The notes below the pieces were generated by a model. The model had not been told where the DNA came from, ran no database searches, and saw only the letters and a program-made list of their open reading frames with translations. DNA of 63,635 nucleotides, the filler included, from Octopus bimaculoides (lineage: Eukaryota), in assembly GCF_001194135.2 (NCBI RefSeq). It is 3 parts of 2 records of this genome, joined end to end, with 100 filler letters (N's around TTAATTAATTAA, not from the genome) between each part and the next. Parts side by side here need not be neighbours in the genome. Positions count along the whole stretch, not along the records: positions 1 to 29,650 come from NC_068981.1; 2 more parts are not named here. One strand, given 5' to 3'. Both the position numbers and the translations under genes were made by a program. Every line of letters starts with the position of its first letter. The first letter of the stretch is position 1. This document shows positions 1 to 13,435 of this stretch, one piece after another.

Positions 1-245
1 ATATGTGTGTGTGTGTGTGTGTTTGTTTGTCTGTGTTTGTCCCCCCAACATCGCTTGACAACCGATGCTGGTGTGTTTACGTCCCCGTAACCTAGCGGTT
101 CGGCAAAAGTGACCGATAGAATAAGTACTAGGCTTACAAAGAATAAGTCTTGGCGTCGATTTGCTCGACTAAAGGCGGTACTCCAGCATGGCCGCAGTCA
201 AATGACTGAAACAAGTAAAAGAGTAAAGAGTAAAGAGTAAAGAGT
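1..245 (+). repeat. 3' part of the abundant SINE family (also ~10375-11155, 45860-46055, 46156-46456, 54470-54605, 55200-55560, 58010-58390)
   Basis: Near-identical CGTCCCCGTAAC..AGTACTAGGCTTACAAAGAATAAGTC..CTCCAGCATGGCCGCAGTCAAATGACTGAAAC ending in a (AAAGAGT)n tail. Confidence 0.85.
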
Positions 246-1659
246 ATATATTTTTGTATAGGCAATGAATTACATAACATCTATAATATAATCAGCTGAA
301 TCTGCTGACATTCTTAGTTTTATTCATGTTATTCTAATATGAAGCAAAAAATTGATATATCTCCTTAATTCTTCATTCCATCAAAGAATTCGTTTATATT
401 TTTGATTTCATTCCTTATTAAAATTTGTTTAAGGCGTAACAATCCAATTTCCTTCAGTTTGTTAAATATTTCGTTTATGTCTTCGATTTGGTTCCATACT
501 TAGGATTGTTAAAAGTGTAACTCTCATTCACTCTAACCTCGTGACAAATATAATATTATAGAAATCTTATAATAATAGGTCCTTCTACATAATTTAGAAG
601 AAGATACAATTGATTAAAAAAAAAAAACAGACAAAAGTGTAAAAGATAAAAAATATTGGCATAAAATCTAGCTGTACACAGAGACAGAAATAATAGATTT
701 GGTAGGCAATTAAGAAAGTAATATTCTTAGCCTCAGCAGACCTCAAAATATTCCTATTAAAAGAAATATAACAGAGAATAAATTAGAAAAATATAACAAA
801 AATAAACAACAAAATGAAAATGGATATTAGTTTCACTAGGTATTATATGTCTGATAAATAAAGTGGGATTTGGTTAAATTATTTCTCCAGTTTCCACCTA
901 AAATGGTGTGTTAGCATTACATCTCTTCTATACAGAAGTGTTATAATGTCATTATCACTGTATTATTAAAATGGTGTCTGAGGGGTAGGGGTGGATTGGC
1001 TGAAACGTTAGAGCGTGGAACAAAACGTCTTCAGGCTCTTTCAGTTCCGAGCTCGAATCCCGCTGAAGTTATCATTGCTTTTCATCCTACTGAGGTCGAT
1101 AAACAAAGCGTCAATCAAAGTCCTTGATACAACTTGACACTTTGCCTGTCCAAAGCATTTTCATAAGTTAGTCCTAAACGTCCAAACTTGCTTTCAGACG
1201 GGTTTAACGCCAAGACATTAGTTGGCACAAAAGCGGTAGAGTTGACATAAATAATACAACGTCAGCTCATAAAGAAGATAACTCTTGGAAATTGCTTAAT
1301 CAGTGAATAGTATTCATACAAAAACTATATCTTCTGAATTCATTGCTCGACCTGGTATGCATCGAGCTATATTTTGACTGAGGAGGTCCAATAATACATC
1401 TGTACATTCCAAAGATCAGACTCACTTACTGGACATGTTCTCATTTAATTTTTAATCAATTTAAATTTCGAAGTTCTCTCCTTTGACTTCCCTTACGAAA
1501 ACTGCTTGTCAATAACACTAATGACTTTCTTCCTCATTAAGGATGTAATCTCAATTGATTATGTATTCCTTTTGCTTCACTACTACGTTTAAATATGTTT
1601 GTCCTCAATTATGTGTTCTGCAAGTAGAAGCTTTTCTAATATCTCCAATGCTTATTGTT

Positions 1660-1790
1660 CACAGCGCAGTCAGGTTCCAAAATTCTAGGAAAACGACGCC
1701 TTTGTCATCCTACAAAACAGTCACTATGACATTCTGTACCGAATGACGACCCTGTCTTTCGCAAATTCTTGGTTGAGCTTTGTTCTGACC
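1660..1790 (-). mobile_element. Degenerate mariner transposase fragment
   Basis: NVIVTVL*DDKGVVFLEF/LEPDCAVN resembles the mariner KVMVTVFWDxKGVIxxDFLExGxTVN segment. Confidence 0.5.
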
Positions 1791-2016
1791 GAGAGTACTC
1801 AATACGAGGTCTATTTACAAGATTACGATACAGTACCACGGATTATGCCTTTGGCAGCAGGCAGGTGGATGTGACAAACAGTAACTGACGACGAGCTGAC
1901 AATTGTGTCAAAAACCACAGGACATTTGGCAACAAACTAAATCTTTGTTTTTGAGTGTTATACAATCCTGTATCTCTTACAGCTTCCTTTTGACACCTTC
2001 CCACACAAGCAAGAGA

Positions 2017-2060
<44 letters not shown>

Positions 2061-2886
2061 NNNNNNNNNNNNNNNNNNNNNNNNNNNNNNNNNNNNNNNN
2101 NNNNNNNNNNNNNNNNNNNNNNNNNNNNNNNNNNNNNNNNNNNNNNNNNNNNNNNNNNNNATATATATAATATATATATATATAGATAGATAGATAGATA
2201 GATAAATATGTATACATACGTCTCATATATCACGTATATCATTCATACGTGCACATATGCCATCCTTGCTATTTGGTAGTATTTTTTTTAATTAAAAAAA
2301 TTAATTAATCTTTTGTTTTAGATTTTGTTTTTATTCTTTAATTTCAATGTATTCACTATTACTGATTGAAATTCCAAATCAGCTATATTATTTATTAGCT
2401 TATGTTGTGTCATTGTTAGTTTATTTTTATATTTTAATTTCCTTGTCATTCTTTCGATTTCACTTCTTTGCTTTTTTTTGTTTTGTTTTGTTTTTCTTTT
2501 TGTTTTGGCTTTGGAGAAGGTAGGTGGGGATTCATATAAATTATAAATTTTTAGCTTATCAGAAGTCTTGTCTTTTATTTTTTATCATCATCACCACTAC
2601 CACCACTACCATCATCACCAGCACCACCAACACCACCAGAGCCACCATCGTTTCCATCATCATCATCATCACCATCATCACCACTACCGTCTCCAACATC
2701 ATCATTCTCATCACCATCGCTACCACCACGATCACCATCAGCATCACCACCATTGCAGCAACCCCACCACCACCACCACCGTCACCACTACTACTACTAC
2801 TACTACTACTACCACCCCGCTATCATCGTCATCATCATCGTCGTGGTCGTGGTCGTGGTCGTTGTCGTCGTCGTCGTCATCATCGT

Positions 2887-2917
<31 letters not shown>

Positions 2918-3464
2918 TTTACCACGCAAACACTATCACCACCATTATAATTAACGTTGCCCATTTTTTTGTAGGTTTTCATTTTTCCTTTATTTAATTT
3001 TTTTTATTAATGTTATTGTCTGTCTTTTACTTTTGTCTTTCTTTCTCTGTCATTCTCTTGTAAATGTATGGCTGTTCTTTTGAAAATTTCTCTGCTTATG
3101 TAAGTACGTACGTCCGTACGTACGTATGTGCGTATGCATGTATGTATGTATGTATGTATTGTGTATGTATGTTATGTGCATGTATGTATGTATGTATGTA
3201 TGTATGTATGTATGTATGTATGTGAACGGAAATATGACGGAGAGGTTAAGAAGATCGCTTAGAAATCATATGGTTCTGGGTTCGACTCTACTGAGTTGCT
3301 TCTTGGATAAACATCTTTTAATATCATGGCTTCGGATCTAACTAAATTTGTGAGTGAAATCAGGCAGACAGGGAATGAACAGACACCGCTTGGATGAGTT
3401 CTGTCTATAATTCAAAAGGCCCAGCCTCATCCCCTAAGGTCATATTGATGCTGTCTTAGAATTA

Positions 3465-3850
3465 TGTGCTTGCTTGCTTCATGCTCTTGCTTGATAGGGC
3501 TGGGGTCATCCCAGGTTGTTGTTCAAACGATGTCATCATGCGCTGAACAAACCAAGTTCACCAGTGCTCTCCATCACTGGTGGTCACATGCCAGCCCCTT
3601 TGTATCCCCCAAGGTGACGTTGAACCCCTGGAGATCTCCCTTAATCGCGTCCAGCTCGCAGCTGCTGCGTCGAATGAGAGTAAAGCCCTGGTAGGATGAT
3701 CGGTGGAGCAAAAATGTTGCCCCTCTCCCAGACCCTAGCAAAGAGGATCAGCAGCTCCGATAGAAGAGTCCTGTGAACCATTGAGACTGTCAGATGATAC
3801 TTTTCTAACAAAGAACTGTATGCACACATGCATCAGCCCGCAGCCACCCA
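3465..3850 (-). mobile_element. RTE-clade LINE 3' fragment
   Basis: LDAIKGDLQGFNVTLGDTKGLACDHQ*WRALVNLV resembles the RTE C-terminus. Ends in a (CAAG)n tail. Confidence 0.6.
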
Positions 3851-4099
3851 CCTCATAGCTAGAATTATGCTGGAAATACATATAACTGTGGAATGATCAG
3901 CCACTTACCGCTAGGTGAATAAGTAAATAGTTCAACTGATTGAACAATTGAAGATTCCTCATCGAGACTGACGGAAAATCCATGTATTTATGTTCTATTT
4001 TTGATTATTTGAGTTCTTCCTCTGAAGATGGAGCTAGTTTCCAACAAAGATACAGAGCTCCATTGCTGTTAGGTAGATAACAAAACCAAAGTGACATTT

Positions 4100-5100
4100 T
4101 AAACTTTAGAAAAGTCTTGCATATATTTATTGCTCTGTGAATAAGCTGGTTGATTTCTTTTTCGGAAAGCCCTAGCTTTAGAATTTACTAACAAAACCAA
4201 GTACAGCAATTATTATCGGTATAAATGCGAATTTATAATCTGGGTATAAAAACTAAACGTCTCGAAGCAGTCGTCTGTTGTTATCTCCTCCATCTTTCAA
4301 TTTCGAAGTGATATTCACATCAGCAGGACTGCTGACTTCTATGATGACTTTTCTTGTCTGTCACAAACAAAAATATCCGGCCAGTTGTGTTTGCATTTGG
4401 TAAAAGTTTCGATTAGAATGTTCTATCAATATTTCTTGTGTTGATGTCTATGTGTGTATTTAATAATTAGAAGATTCCCTATATTTATCCCAGGACAGTC
4501 ATTCTTTTTCTTGAAGGCATTGTATATTGTTTTAGAGGCAACATCATGTCGCATTGTGAAGTATTAGGTTAAAGGCATTTTTGGACATCTTCCTCTATGT
4601 GATGTCTTCCACAGATTTGTGGTATAATCAACATTTTCGGTTACAAATTGAGGCTCCAAGGGCTTCGCTATCTTTGATCATTAGGTATTTTGCAGCAATC
4701 TCCTGCTTTTGGATTGCAAACTTTTAATGTTAAACAATTGCTTCACAACTGATTGCAGTGCACATTTTTTCTCTGCCCCAGATCAGTAAGTCTGGTTGTT
4801 TGTGCCACGATTTGGCATGAAGATTGCACTAGTATTCTTCCATGTGATAATTGAGTTTGTCCTGCACAAGACCTTCTTTTCAGTGAATTGCATTGTGTCG
4901 TGTTTTGGCAACTACAGCTGGCTTCATAGTGAGGACGTTTTCAAACATCTGCTTTTGGTGCGGGACACGCCTTCAATGTTAATTCTACAGAGATTGAATC
5001 GATTTTTACAATAAGGCGGTTTAACTGCGTCTCTATATCTTTTGTATTCCAGGGATATTCTTCTTTGATGTTCCTAGATTGTTAAGTATACCCTTTAAGG
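4100..5100 (-). mobile_element. RLE-type non-LTR retrotransposon (R4/Dong-like) 3' fragment, degenerate
   Basis: CCHC knuckle followed by RHD and PDIFVCD..IEVSSPADVN (PD-(D/E)xK endonuclease), then PIII.VLGFV. Multiple stops and frameshifts. Confidence 0.8.
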
Positions 5101-5559
5101 GAAAGATAAAATACTAGTTGTTAAAATAAGATAGACTAATTTGCGTATTTATATTAGAATTACTCTGGAGTTTTCTAATGATTTAGTCACGAATGTCCTA
5201 CTGATGAAATGCAGAAAACCTTTTATCGGCTGTCCTACTGTGGAAAAGCTGTCAACTGCTTTGGAGATGTATTTTTGGTCAATAACCAGGAAATAATTTC
5301 AGAGGAATTCTCCAGCTTTCGTGATGCTATTTGCCTTATATATTTAGACTTGTATTCGTATGTATGTATGTATGTATGTATGTATGTATGTATGTATGTA
5401 TGTATGTATGTATGTATGATGTGTATGTATATATATGTGTGTGTATGTATGTATGTATATGTGCAGATTTTTATATTTTGTTTTATGTATGTATTTTCAT
5501 GCATATAGTTGCATATCTAGATATGCTCATATATATTCGAATGATAAACTTCTGGAAAC

Positions 5560-6420
5560 TTCTGTAGTCTTCGAATTAGCTTTCTCCTTTCTGGTTTTGA
5601 GAAACTTAATTTCTCAAGATTGGTATTTAGGCAGTGTATTACTTATCCCAGGGCCCCAATAATTATAGGTATAAACCTGAACTTGTAATCTGGATAGAGT
5701 AACGGCAGATTTCTCAATAGTTCAGCGTAGATATTCTCTTTTTCACTGATCTTCAGCTTTATGTTAACATCCGCTGGGCAGCTAATTTTCACAACTGCAC
5801 ACAGTTTCCCTCATCCACCCCAGATCATTATATCAGGTCTGTTGTGCTTACATTTTATTGAGCTTTTCACTGGGACATTCTACCAGTACTCCCTTTAATT
5901 ATGAGTGGCTTTGGCTTCTACCATACTGTGGGTTCTTATTTTCTTTTCCTCGGTGTTATCCTTCCGACGGATTTCATTATAGAATGTCCTGGCTACAATA
6001 TCATGTCTCATCGGTAGATAATACCGTGATGACATTTTCGGACAACTGCTTATGATGTGGGTGATATCTTCGGTGTTAACTCCACAAAGTCTGCATCGAG
6101 TCTTACATTTTACTGCTTTTCCTGTATTTCTATCCCTTTTGTGCATCAGGTACTTGGTTGATATTTCTTGTTCCTGGATTGCAAACACATACCCTTCAAA
6201 GTGGGAGGTAGTAATCCGGCTATTGGTCGATGATAGACTGCTTTGATGATCGATGTTACTATCACCACGGAGCTTTCTACTAACACATTCATGCATAGTC
6301 TTCTGCTCATATAGGCTCATCCTTTCGTCTAATACGTTGCGGTAGAGTCGTGCGACTTCTTTGGGCATGTATTCTAGGTTATAAGACAAAGAATGTTACT
6401 CAAGGAGTGACTTTCAAGTC
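5560..6420 (-). mobile_element. Second RLE-type (R4/Dong-like) LINE 3' fragment
   Basis: ORF 5895-6389: FEGYVFAIQEQEISTKY..CRLCGVNTEDITHIISSCPKMSSRYYLPMRHD (CCHC + RHD), with degenerate RLE downstream. Confidence 0.85.
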
Positions 6421-6479
6421 TTATGATGTTATCAACCTCTTGTATGTGTGTATGTATGTATGTATGTATGTATGTATGT

Positions 6480-6694
6480 ATTGCAAATCCAATGGGGGTC
6501 TTAAAAGACATGTTAGGATCCACAATGAGCAGAACTTACCTGCAGGTATTGGTAGTACAAATCAGAGGTGCAATCTGTGTGGGTGTTTTTTCAAAACATT
6601 GTCTGGTTTAAAAAGCCACATCAGACGCCATGAAAGGGCTAAGGTGTAGGTGCAGGAGGTGGTCAAACTCTGTGTAAGGAGTAGACAACCACCA
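6480..6694 (+). mobile_element. 5'-truncated LINE 3' end with two C2H2 zinc fingers inserted in (TATG)n
   Basis: CKSNGGLKRHVRIH...CNLCGCFFKTLSGLKSHIRRH*, a short 3' UTR, and (TATG)n on both sides. Confidence 0.6.
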
Positions 6695-7721
6695 TGTATG
6701 TATGTATGTATGTATGTATGTATGTATGTATGTATGTATGTATGTATGTTTGTATGTATGTATGTATGCATGACTTTAAATGTGTGTAATTGAATATGGT
6801 TTTGTCAGTGTATTTGCAGATATATGTGTTAATATGCGGTGCTAAAACTGACATGAGAAATCTGGTAAAAGTTGTCTCACCTAGAAGTTATACATTATTA
6901 GTTTTGATATTGCGTTTCATTAGTTTCATATCAGCCCTGGTTGAGCATATTTATAGTGAAAGACATTCCATTCACGGTCATCAATCATTCATTATTTAGA
7001 AAAATGTTTCATTTCAGAGATTTCGGTTGTTATTTCTAGTGGGTAGGATACCCACTGTATGAGTCCTTTGTTGGCTCGTAACATCCTTAATATGATAGTG
7101 GTGTTGCCGTAGATGGTGTTGTTTTATGTTCTTACTGATGGTAACTGTGTTAGTAGTAGGGTTCGTGATGATGGTGATGGTAATAGCGGGGGTAATGTTA
7201 ATGATATTGATAATGGTGATAGTGGGGTGTGTTAGGGTTGATGTTAATGATGTTGATAATGGTGATGGTGGTGGTGTGTTAGGGGTGATGATGGCGGTGA
7301 TTGGTAACGATGATTATTTTGGTGGTGGTGATGGTGGTGGTGGTCGTCATCATAGACGTCGAGGGTGTGAGGAAGGCAGGTGATGTGATGTCGAGAGAGA
7401 GAGATGTTGATCCTTTTGCTCGTCTGTACAGGTGTGGTCTTAATTGGTGTCACATTCCCTTTCTTCACTGCAACACACCCATGCCACGAGATCCCAACAT
7501 CCCCACATCGCAACTTTCACCTCACTAATTACTGGTTTAATTTCACAAATAATAACAATCTGAACATAATTTTATTGTGCGTATATATGTAGGGATCTAT
7601 ACACGAATAAACACATACACACACACACATAAAAATACATGCATATATGCACATATATTTTCTGTACACAAAATATAAATATATTATAAGCATAAAATAT
7701 ATGTATTAATACACACATACA

Positions 7722-7764
<43 letters not shown>

Positions 7765-9588
7765 AGATATTAATACGCATACACACATTCATATATTTAT
7801 ATACATACATACACAATTAAGTTATGCTCATGATAGTTATCATTTGTGAAATGAAGAAAATAATTAGTCAGATAAATATAACATATATACAGATATCATA
7901 AATGTGTGTGTGCATGTATGTGTACTTAAATATGTATACATACATACATAAACATACATACACACATACATGCAAACACACAAACACACACACATATATA
8001 TATATATAGATACTACGTAAGTATACATATTTTATATATATGTATGTATGCATGTATGTATGTATGTATGTGTGTATGTATATATATATATATATATATN
8101 NNNNNNNNNNNNNNNNNNNNNNNNNNNNNNNNNNNNNNNNNNNNNNNNNNNNNNNNNNNNNNNNNNNNNNNNNNNNNNNNNNNNNNNNNNNNNNNNNNNN
8201 NNNNNNNNNNNNNNNNNNNNNNNNNNNNNNNNNNNNNNNNNNNNNNNNNNNNNNNNNNNNNNNNNNNNNNNNNNNNNNNNNNNNNNNNNNNNNNNNNNNN
8301 NNNNNNNNNNNNNNNNNNNNNNNNNNNNNNNNNNNNNNNNNNNNNNNNNNNNNNNNNNNNNNNNNNNNNNNNNNNNNNNNNNNNNNNNNNNNNNNNNNNN
8401 NNNNNNNNNNNNNNNNNNNNNNNNNNNNNNNNNNNNNNNNNNNNNNNNNNNNNNNNNNNNNNNNNNNNNNNNNNNNNNNNNNNNNNNNNNNNNNNNNNNN
8501 NNNNNNNNNNNNNNNNNNNNNNNNNNNNNNNNNNNNNNNNNNNNNNNNNNNNNNNNNNNNNNNNNNNNNNNNNNNNNNNNNNNNNNNNNNNNNNNNNNNN
8601 NNNNNNNNNNNNNNNNNNNNNNNNNNNNNNNNNNNNNNNNNNNNNNNNNNNNNNNNNNNNNNNNNNNNNNNNNNNNNNNNNNNNNNNNNNNNNNNNNNNN
8701 NNNNNNNNNNNNNNNNNNNNNNNNNNNNNNNNNNNNNNNNNNNNNNNNNNNNNNNNNNNNNNNNNNNNNNNNNNNNNNNNNNNNNNNNNNNNNNNNNNNN
8801 NNNNNNNNNNNNNNNNNNNNNNNNNNNNNNNNNNNNNNNNNNNNNNNNNNNNNNNNNNNNNNNNNNNNNNNNNNNNNNNNNNNNNNNNNNNNNNNNNNNN
8901 NNNNNNNNNNNNNNNNNNNNNNNNNNNNNNNNNNNNNNNNNNNNNNNNNNNNNNNNNNNNNNNNNNNNNNNNNNNNNNNNNNNNNNNNNNNNNNNNNNNN
9001 NNNNNNNNNNNNNNNNNNNNNNNNNNNNNNNNNNNNNNNNNNNNNNNNNNNNNNNNNNNNNNNNNNNNNNNNNNNNNNNNNNNNNNNNNNNNNNNNNNAT
9101 ATATATAGTGTAGAGTACACATAAGAAATTGCATCAAATTGCATAATGTAATAGGTATGTAGGATAACTGTTCAGGTTGGTTTATCCCTAAAACTCCGAC
9201 TTGAGCTGCATCTAAAACAAAGGCGGTGTTGTAGATGTCTGGCAAAGTAGCTATTAGTGGTTCATCATTGAGCGGGTAGATATAAATGAAATAAATAGAA
9301 TGAAGAAGCAGAACACGTGGTATTACTTTAGAGCGTGTAATCTGTCATTCAAACATAATAGCCGACTAGTTAGAATAAAAATGTGATTAAGAAATAATGC
9401 ATAAAATCTTTTACAACTGTTTCTAGAACAGCTATTCTATAGTGTATACGCTATTGAGCAAGGATTTCCATATCAACCAACTAAGAAATAAGAATATCCT
9501 TAATAAAGGATATTAGTAACCCGTTTTATTGCCAAATAGTTATGGAATATTCTTAGTAAAAGATAGATGATTATGATTTCGATTATAG

Positions 9589-9643
<55 letters not shown>

Positions 9644-9780
9644 CAAGATATAGATATATATATATATACATATACATATATATATATGGGAGAATGTACG
9701 AAAAAAACAACAACGGACGAGGACAGGTGGTGTAAACAACAAAAGGATGTATTAGTTTAACACTCGGGAATACGGAAAGT

Positions 9781-9815
9781 CTTTAACGTTTCGAGCTACG
9801 CTCTTCAACAGAAAG
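9781..9815 (-). ncRNA. Second minimal hammerhead-like motif (A6U core variant) in a PLE-like repeat
   Basis: Reverse complement CTTT-CTGTTGA-A-GAGC gta GCTC-GAA-ACGT-T^AAAG. Stems I and II are perfect. Confidence 0.5.
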
Positions 9816-10014
9816 AATACGGAGAAACAAGGAGAAAAACACGGAGAAAAAAAATTGNNNNNNNNNNATTATTCCGTCAAGGTCGACTTTGCCTTTCATC
9901 CTTTCGGGTTTGATGAAATAAGTACCAGTTGAACACTTGTACTGGTGTAATCGACTTATTTGCTGGCCTTGTGCCAACATTTGAAGCCATAATTTATAGC
10001 TTATGTATGTACTT

Positions 10015-10066
<52 letters not shown>

Positions 10067-10553
10067 CTCAGAGTAAGCACTCTCGCAAGAAGTCGGCTAT
10101 CAGTTCCATTGGTAATAAAATTAAGTAGTAATTGATCTTGTCCATTCAACCGAAATGCATGATACGCAAGTTATAAATATTTCAACGATGCGTAAATGAT
10201 AATCATAAAGTCAAAGGGTATAAAATTTGAATACAAATCTATTATTATTTTAACATGGCTCAATTAATTTGGAATGTTAAAATCAAAATGCATATTTAGC
10301 ATTATATGATACAACTATATATTACATAAAGATGTATACTAAATAAAATTCACTCATCAGATCATAAATTGTACATTAGGCAGTGTGATAAGCAGCTTGC
10401 TTCGCAACCCCATAGTTCCGGGTTCAATCTCATAACGTGACACGTTAAGCAAGTGTCTTCAACTATAGCCTCGGGTCGACTAAATCTTTGCGAGTGAATT
10501 TGGTAGACGGAAACTGAAAGAAGCGCACCTTATATATATATATATATATATAT

Positions 10554-10799
10554 ACACAATTTAAAATTTAGGGTTCAGCAAGTGTTGCTTCACCACACAC
10601 CGAAAATTAGAAATAGCAGCCAAAAACTACCATTTCTCTACAAAAATACAACTCCCAAAAAAGTAATACTCGCAAACTACAACGGTAAAAAGGAATGGGA
10701 GTTGTATTTTTGTAGAGAAATGATAGTTTTTGGCTGCTATTTCTAATTTTCGGTGTGTGGTGAGGCAACACTTGCTGAACTCTAAATTTTAAATTGTGT
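10554..10799. mobile_element. MITE-like fold-back element, ~103-bp terminal inverted repeats, in a TA tract of a SINE
   Basis: 10554-10656 is a near-perfect reverse complement of 10697-10799, with a 40-bp spacer. Confidence 0.85.
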
Positions 10800-10895
10800 T
10801 TATATATTTACCGATAATGGTTTTTAGCACACCGAACTACTTGGTAAAATTACTAATTATCAATTAATTATTAATTTTTACCCTATATCTGTATG

Positions 10896-10931
<36 letters not shown>

Positions 10932-11984
10932 GGGGGGGGCGTTTGTGTGTGCCTGCGTTTGTCGGTTACTACCGCTTGGCAACCGGTGTTGGTGTGTTTA
11001 CGTCCACGTAACTTAGCGGTTCGGCAACAGAGACCGATATAATAAGTACAGACTTAAAAGAAATAAGTACTGGAGTCAATTCATTCAACTAAATATTCTT
11101 CAATGCGGTGCTGTAGCATGGTGGCAGTCTAATGACTGAAACATGTAAAATATTAAAAAATTAGTATTTGTTTCCTCAATCTCCTGCCCTAAATACTACT
11201 ACTACAAACACAAGCTATAAAAACTTACGAATATTTCAGCCCGCACTCAAACATACCCACACTGATTCAGTCTAATAGATTTAATGAAATAAGTTAAATA
11301 AGTAAAACTATTTGCCTGAATATTTAAGAATATCTAAGACATTAAATATTTTTTCCCGCCTATTTTTAATTTGCGTATCTCATCAGCTTATTGTTATCGA
11401 GATATTGTCAGATATATTATCATCTATATATTCTTATTTACACATTTATTATGTGTTTAATGTTAATAATTTCAATAAGAATTTGAAATCATGTGGATAT
11501 GTGCAGAACGCATAATGGCAACATATAAAATGTGCAAGCTCTAACACGTTCGCGCGTCAGTTTTGACATGAAAATAAATGCGAGAGAAAAAAAGGAACAA
11601 TTATAATATATAAGATAAATGCAAATGCGTTTATTTTAATGCATTGAATAGCGTAAATGTGAAATAGAAATGCTTTGATAAATACAAATATGAATGAGTT
11701 AAATTATTTCTAAAAATAATGAAAATTATTTCTGTTATATTTCTATTTATATATTTTCACTCAGTTTTAACTAGATCACCCATACATACATACATACATA
11801 CATACATACGGCTGTGTGTTAAGAAGCTTGCTTCTCAACTACATGGTTCCGGGTTCAATCCCACCGCGTGGCACATTGAGCAAGTGTCTTCTACTATAGC
11901 CTCGGGCCGATCAAAGTCTTGTGAATGGATTTGGTAGACGGAAACTGAAAGAAACCTGTCGTATGTATGTGTTTGTGTGTGTGA

Positions 11985-13435
11985 ATTTCTTTGAAGACGT
12001 AATTGTCAGCAAATGGACCCTTTTCATTTATCTGGGTTAACATTTTTATATTTTCTTTTCTTGACGCTCTTGATAATGCAACATGTACTAAGAGTTGTGT
12101 TGGTAGTTATATACCTATCTTATCAAATGTCTGCCCTTATGCGTTGTTGTATGTAAGGGCAAAGGCTGGTTTGACAGGAAATTGCTTGCTAGTAAAGGAG
12201 AAAAGGAACTGAAACTCTTGATATATATGAGGTATCCTTGGGATAAGCAGCCTGGTTCCAGCATAGGGCTCCAAAGCCACTTCAGCTTCAATCACATGAT
12301 TATGTAAGCTGATGATGATATAGCGCGTACCATTGTAATGTCTGTTTAGAAGATCCAGATTTCCCAGAAGCCTGATGTAAATGCCTTTCTTCAGTTTAAG
12401 AATGTGTGCTGGGAAGCCTGATGGGGTAAGTTTCTTGATGAACTCGAGTGGATATTGTAGTTCATTATCTACTGTATCAAAGCTTTTGTAGACTCTTTAA
12501 TGACCAATGAACTTGTTTGAACATGAATTCATTGACCAATCTTACTGCTTCATTTGTTGGAGTGATAATGGCTCTATTTGCAAGCCATAGTAGGTTTGAG
12601 TAGTTTCCTTGAAGATTTCTATGCACAAAATCACACAGTCCAGACAGATTACCGTATTCCAGACAAACTTCGTTTGGAAGTGGAATTGTGAATACACCTA
12701 AAGTTGGTACAGTCGGAATGTTACCGTTTCCTATATCAAGAAGATAGTTTGAAGACTGTCTTTCATCATATTATCTGTATCATAGAAGTAGAGCTGCGCA
12801 AACTTGGGTGAAGCATCACTTGGAAGTAGTGATCCAACAATATGATAAACCTTGCCTTGGATCTTAAATGTGAAACTAAATCCTGGTGCTCTAATCTCTT
12901 TGCAACTAAGTGAAGCTAAAGCAAGCACATTATTATATGCACGTATAAGAATTTCCTGCTCGAGTGATATATTTCAGTATATTTGGTGGAGGATGAGGTA
13001 ATTGAGCGAGTTTCACTTTTCCCTGAAAGCAGCAGAGAGTTTTGGGTTCATGAGTCCAGCGATAAGCTTTGCACTGCAGGCAAACAGATGAAGAGAGACT
13101 TCCTGCATTATGTTGTGGTATTATATGAAGAACATTTTGTTTCTGGAAAGGTTCATTAGTAAGATTCTTTTCCAGACCTTCAATTGACCTGTTCATTTTC
13201 CTCTGAACGTTTGTTATATTTGCTGCAAGTTGTTGTTGATGTAGTAAGTAAATTACATTTGCAGGCATTTGTTGAGATGTTGGTTGTAGAGCGATTATTG
13301 TTGGACTGAATTACCCTCCTCTCTGCCGTTGTGCATCTGCCGCCAAACGTTGAGATTTAGAAGAGAGATGTTTTCGGTGTGCCATGTTGACTTTTCCACA
13401 ATGTCTCTATCTCATTCTATCTATATTTATATAGA
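11985..13435 (-). mobile_element. Internally deleted Helitron (Rep N-terminus fused to PIF1 helicase C-terminus)
   Basis: 5' TCTATATAAATATAG at 13435. N-terminal motifs CLQCKAYRW..CCFQGKVKL and FTFKIQGKVYHIVGSLLP..PKFAQLYFYD. Helicase motifs YLLDIGNG, WLANRAIITPTNEAV, YPLEFIKKLTPSGFPAHILKLK, KQFPVKPAFALT, VALSR. Confidence 0.9.

Noticed and set aside
2524-2997. His/Thr/Asp-rich ORFs, and likewise the HTHT/CVCV/MYVC ORFs and all X-filled ORFs
   Set aside because: They are translations of microsatellites or N-gaps, with no splice or homology support.
4020-4070. CTGAAGA followed by the TGGAGCT/AGCTCCA stem as a hammerhead
   Set aside because: No GAAA or cleavage triplet after the stem.
6480-6649. 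Host C2H2 zinc-finger gene exon
   Set aside because: No splice acceptor, embedded in (TATG)n and ending like a retroelement tail; a LINE origin is more likely.
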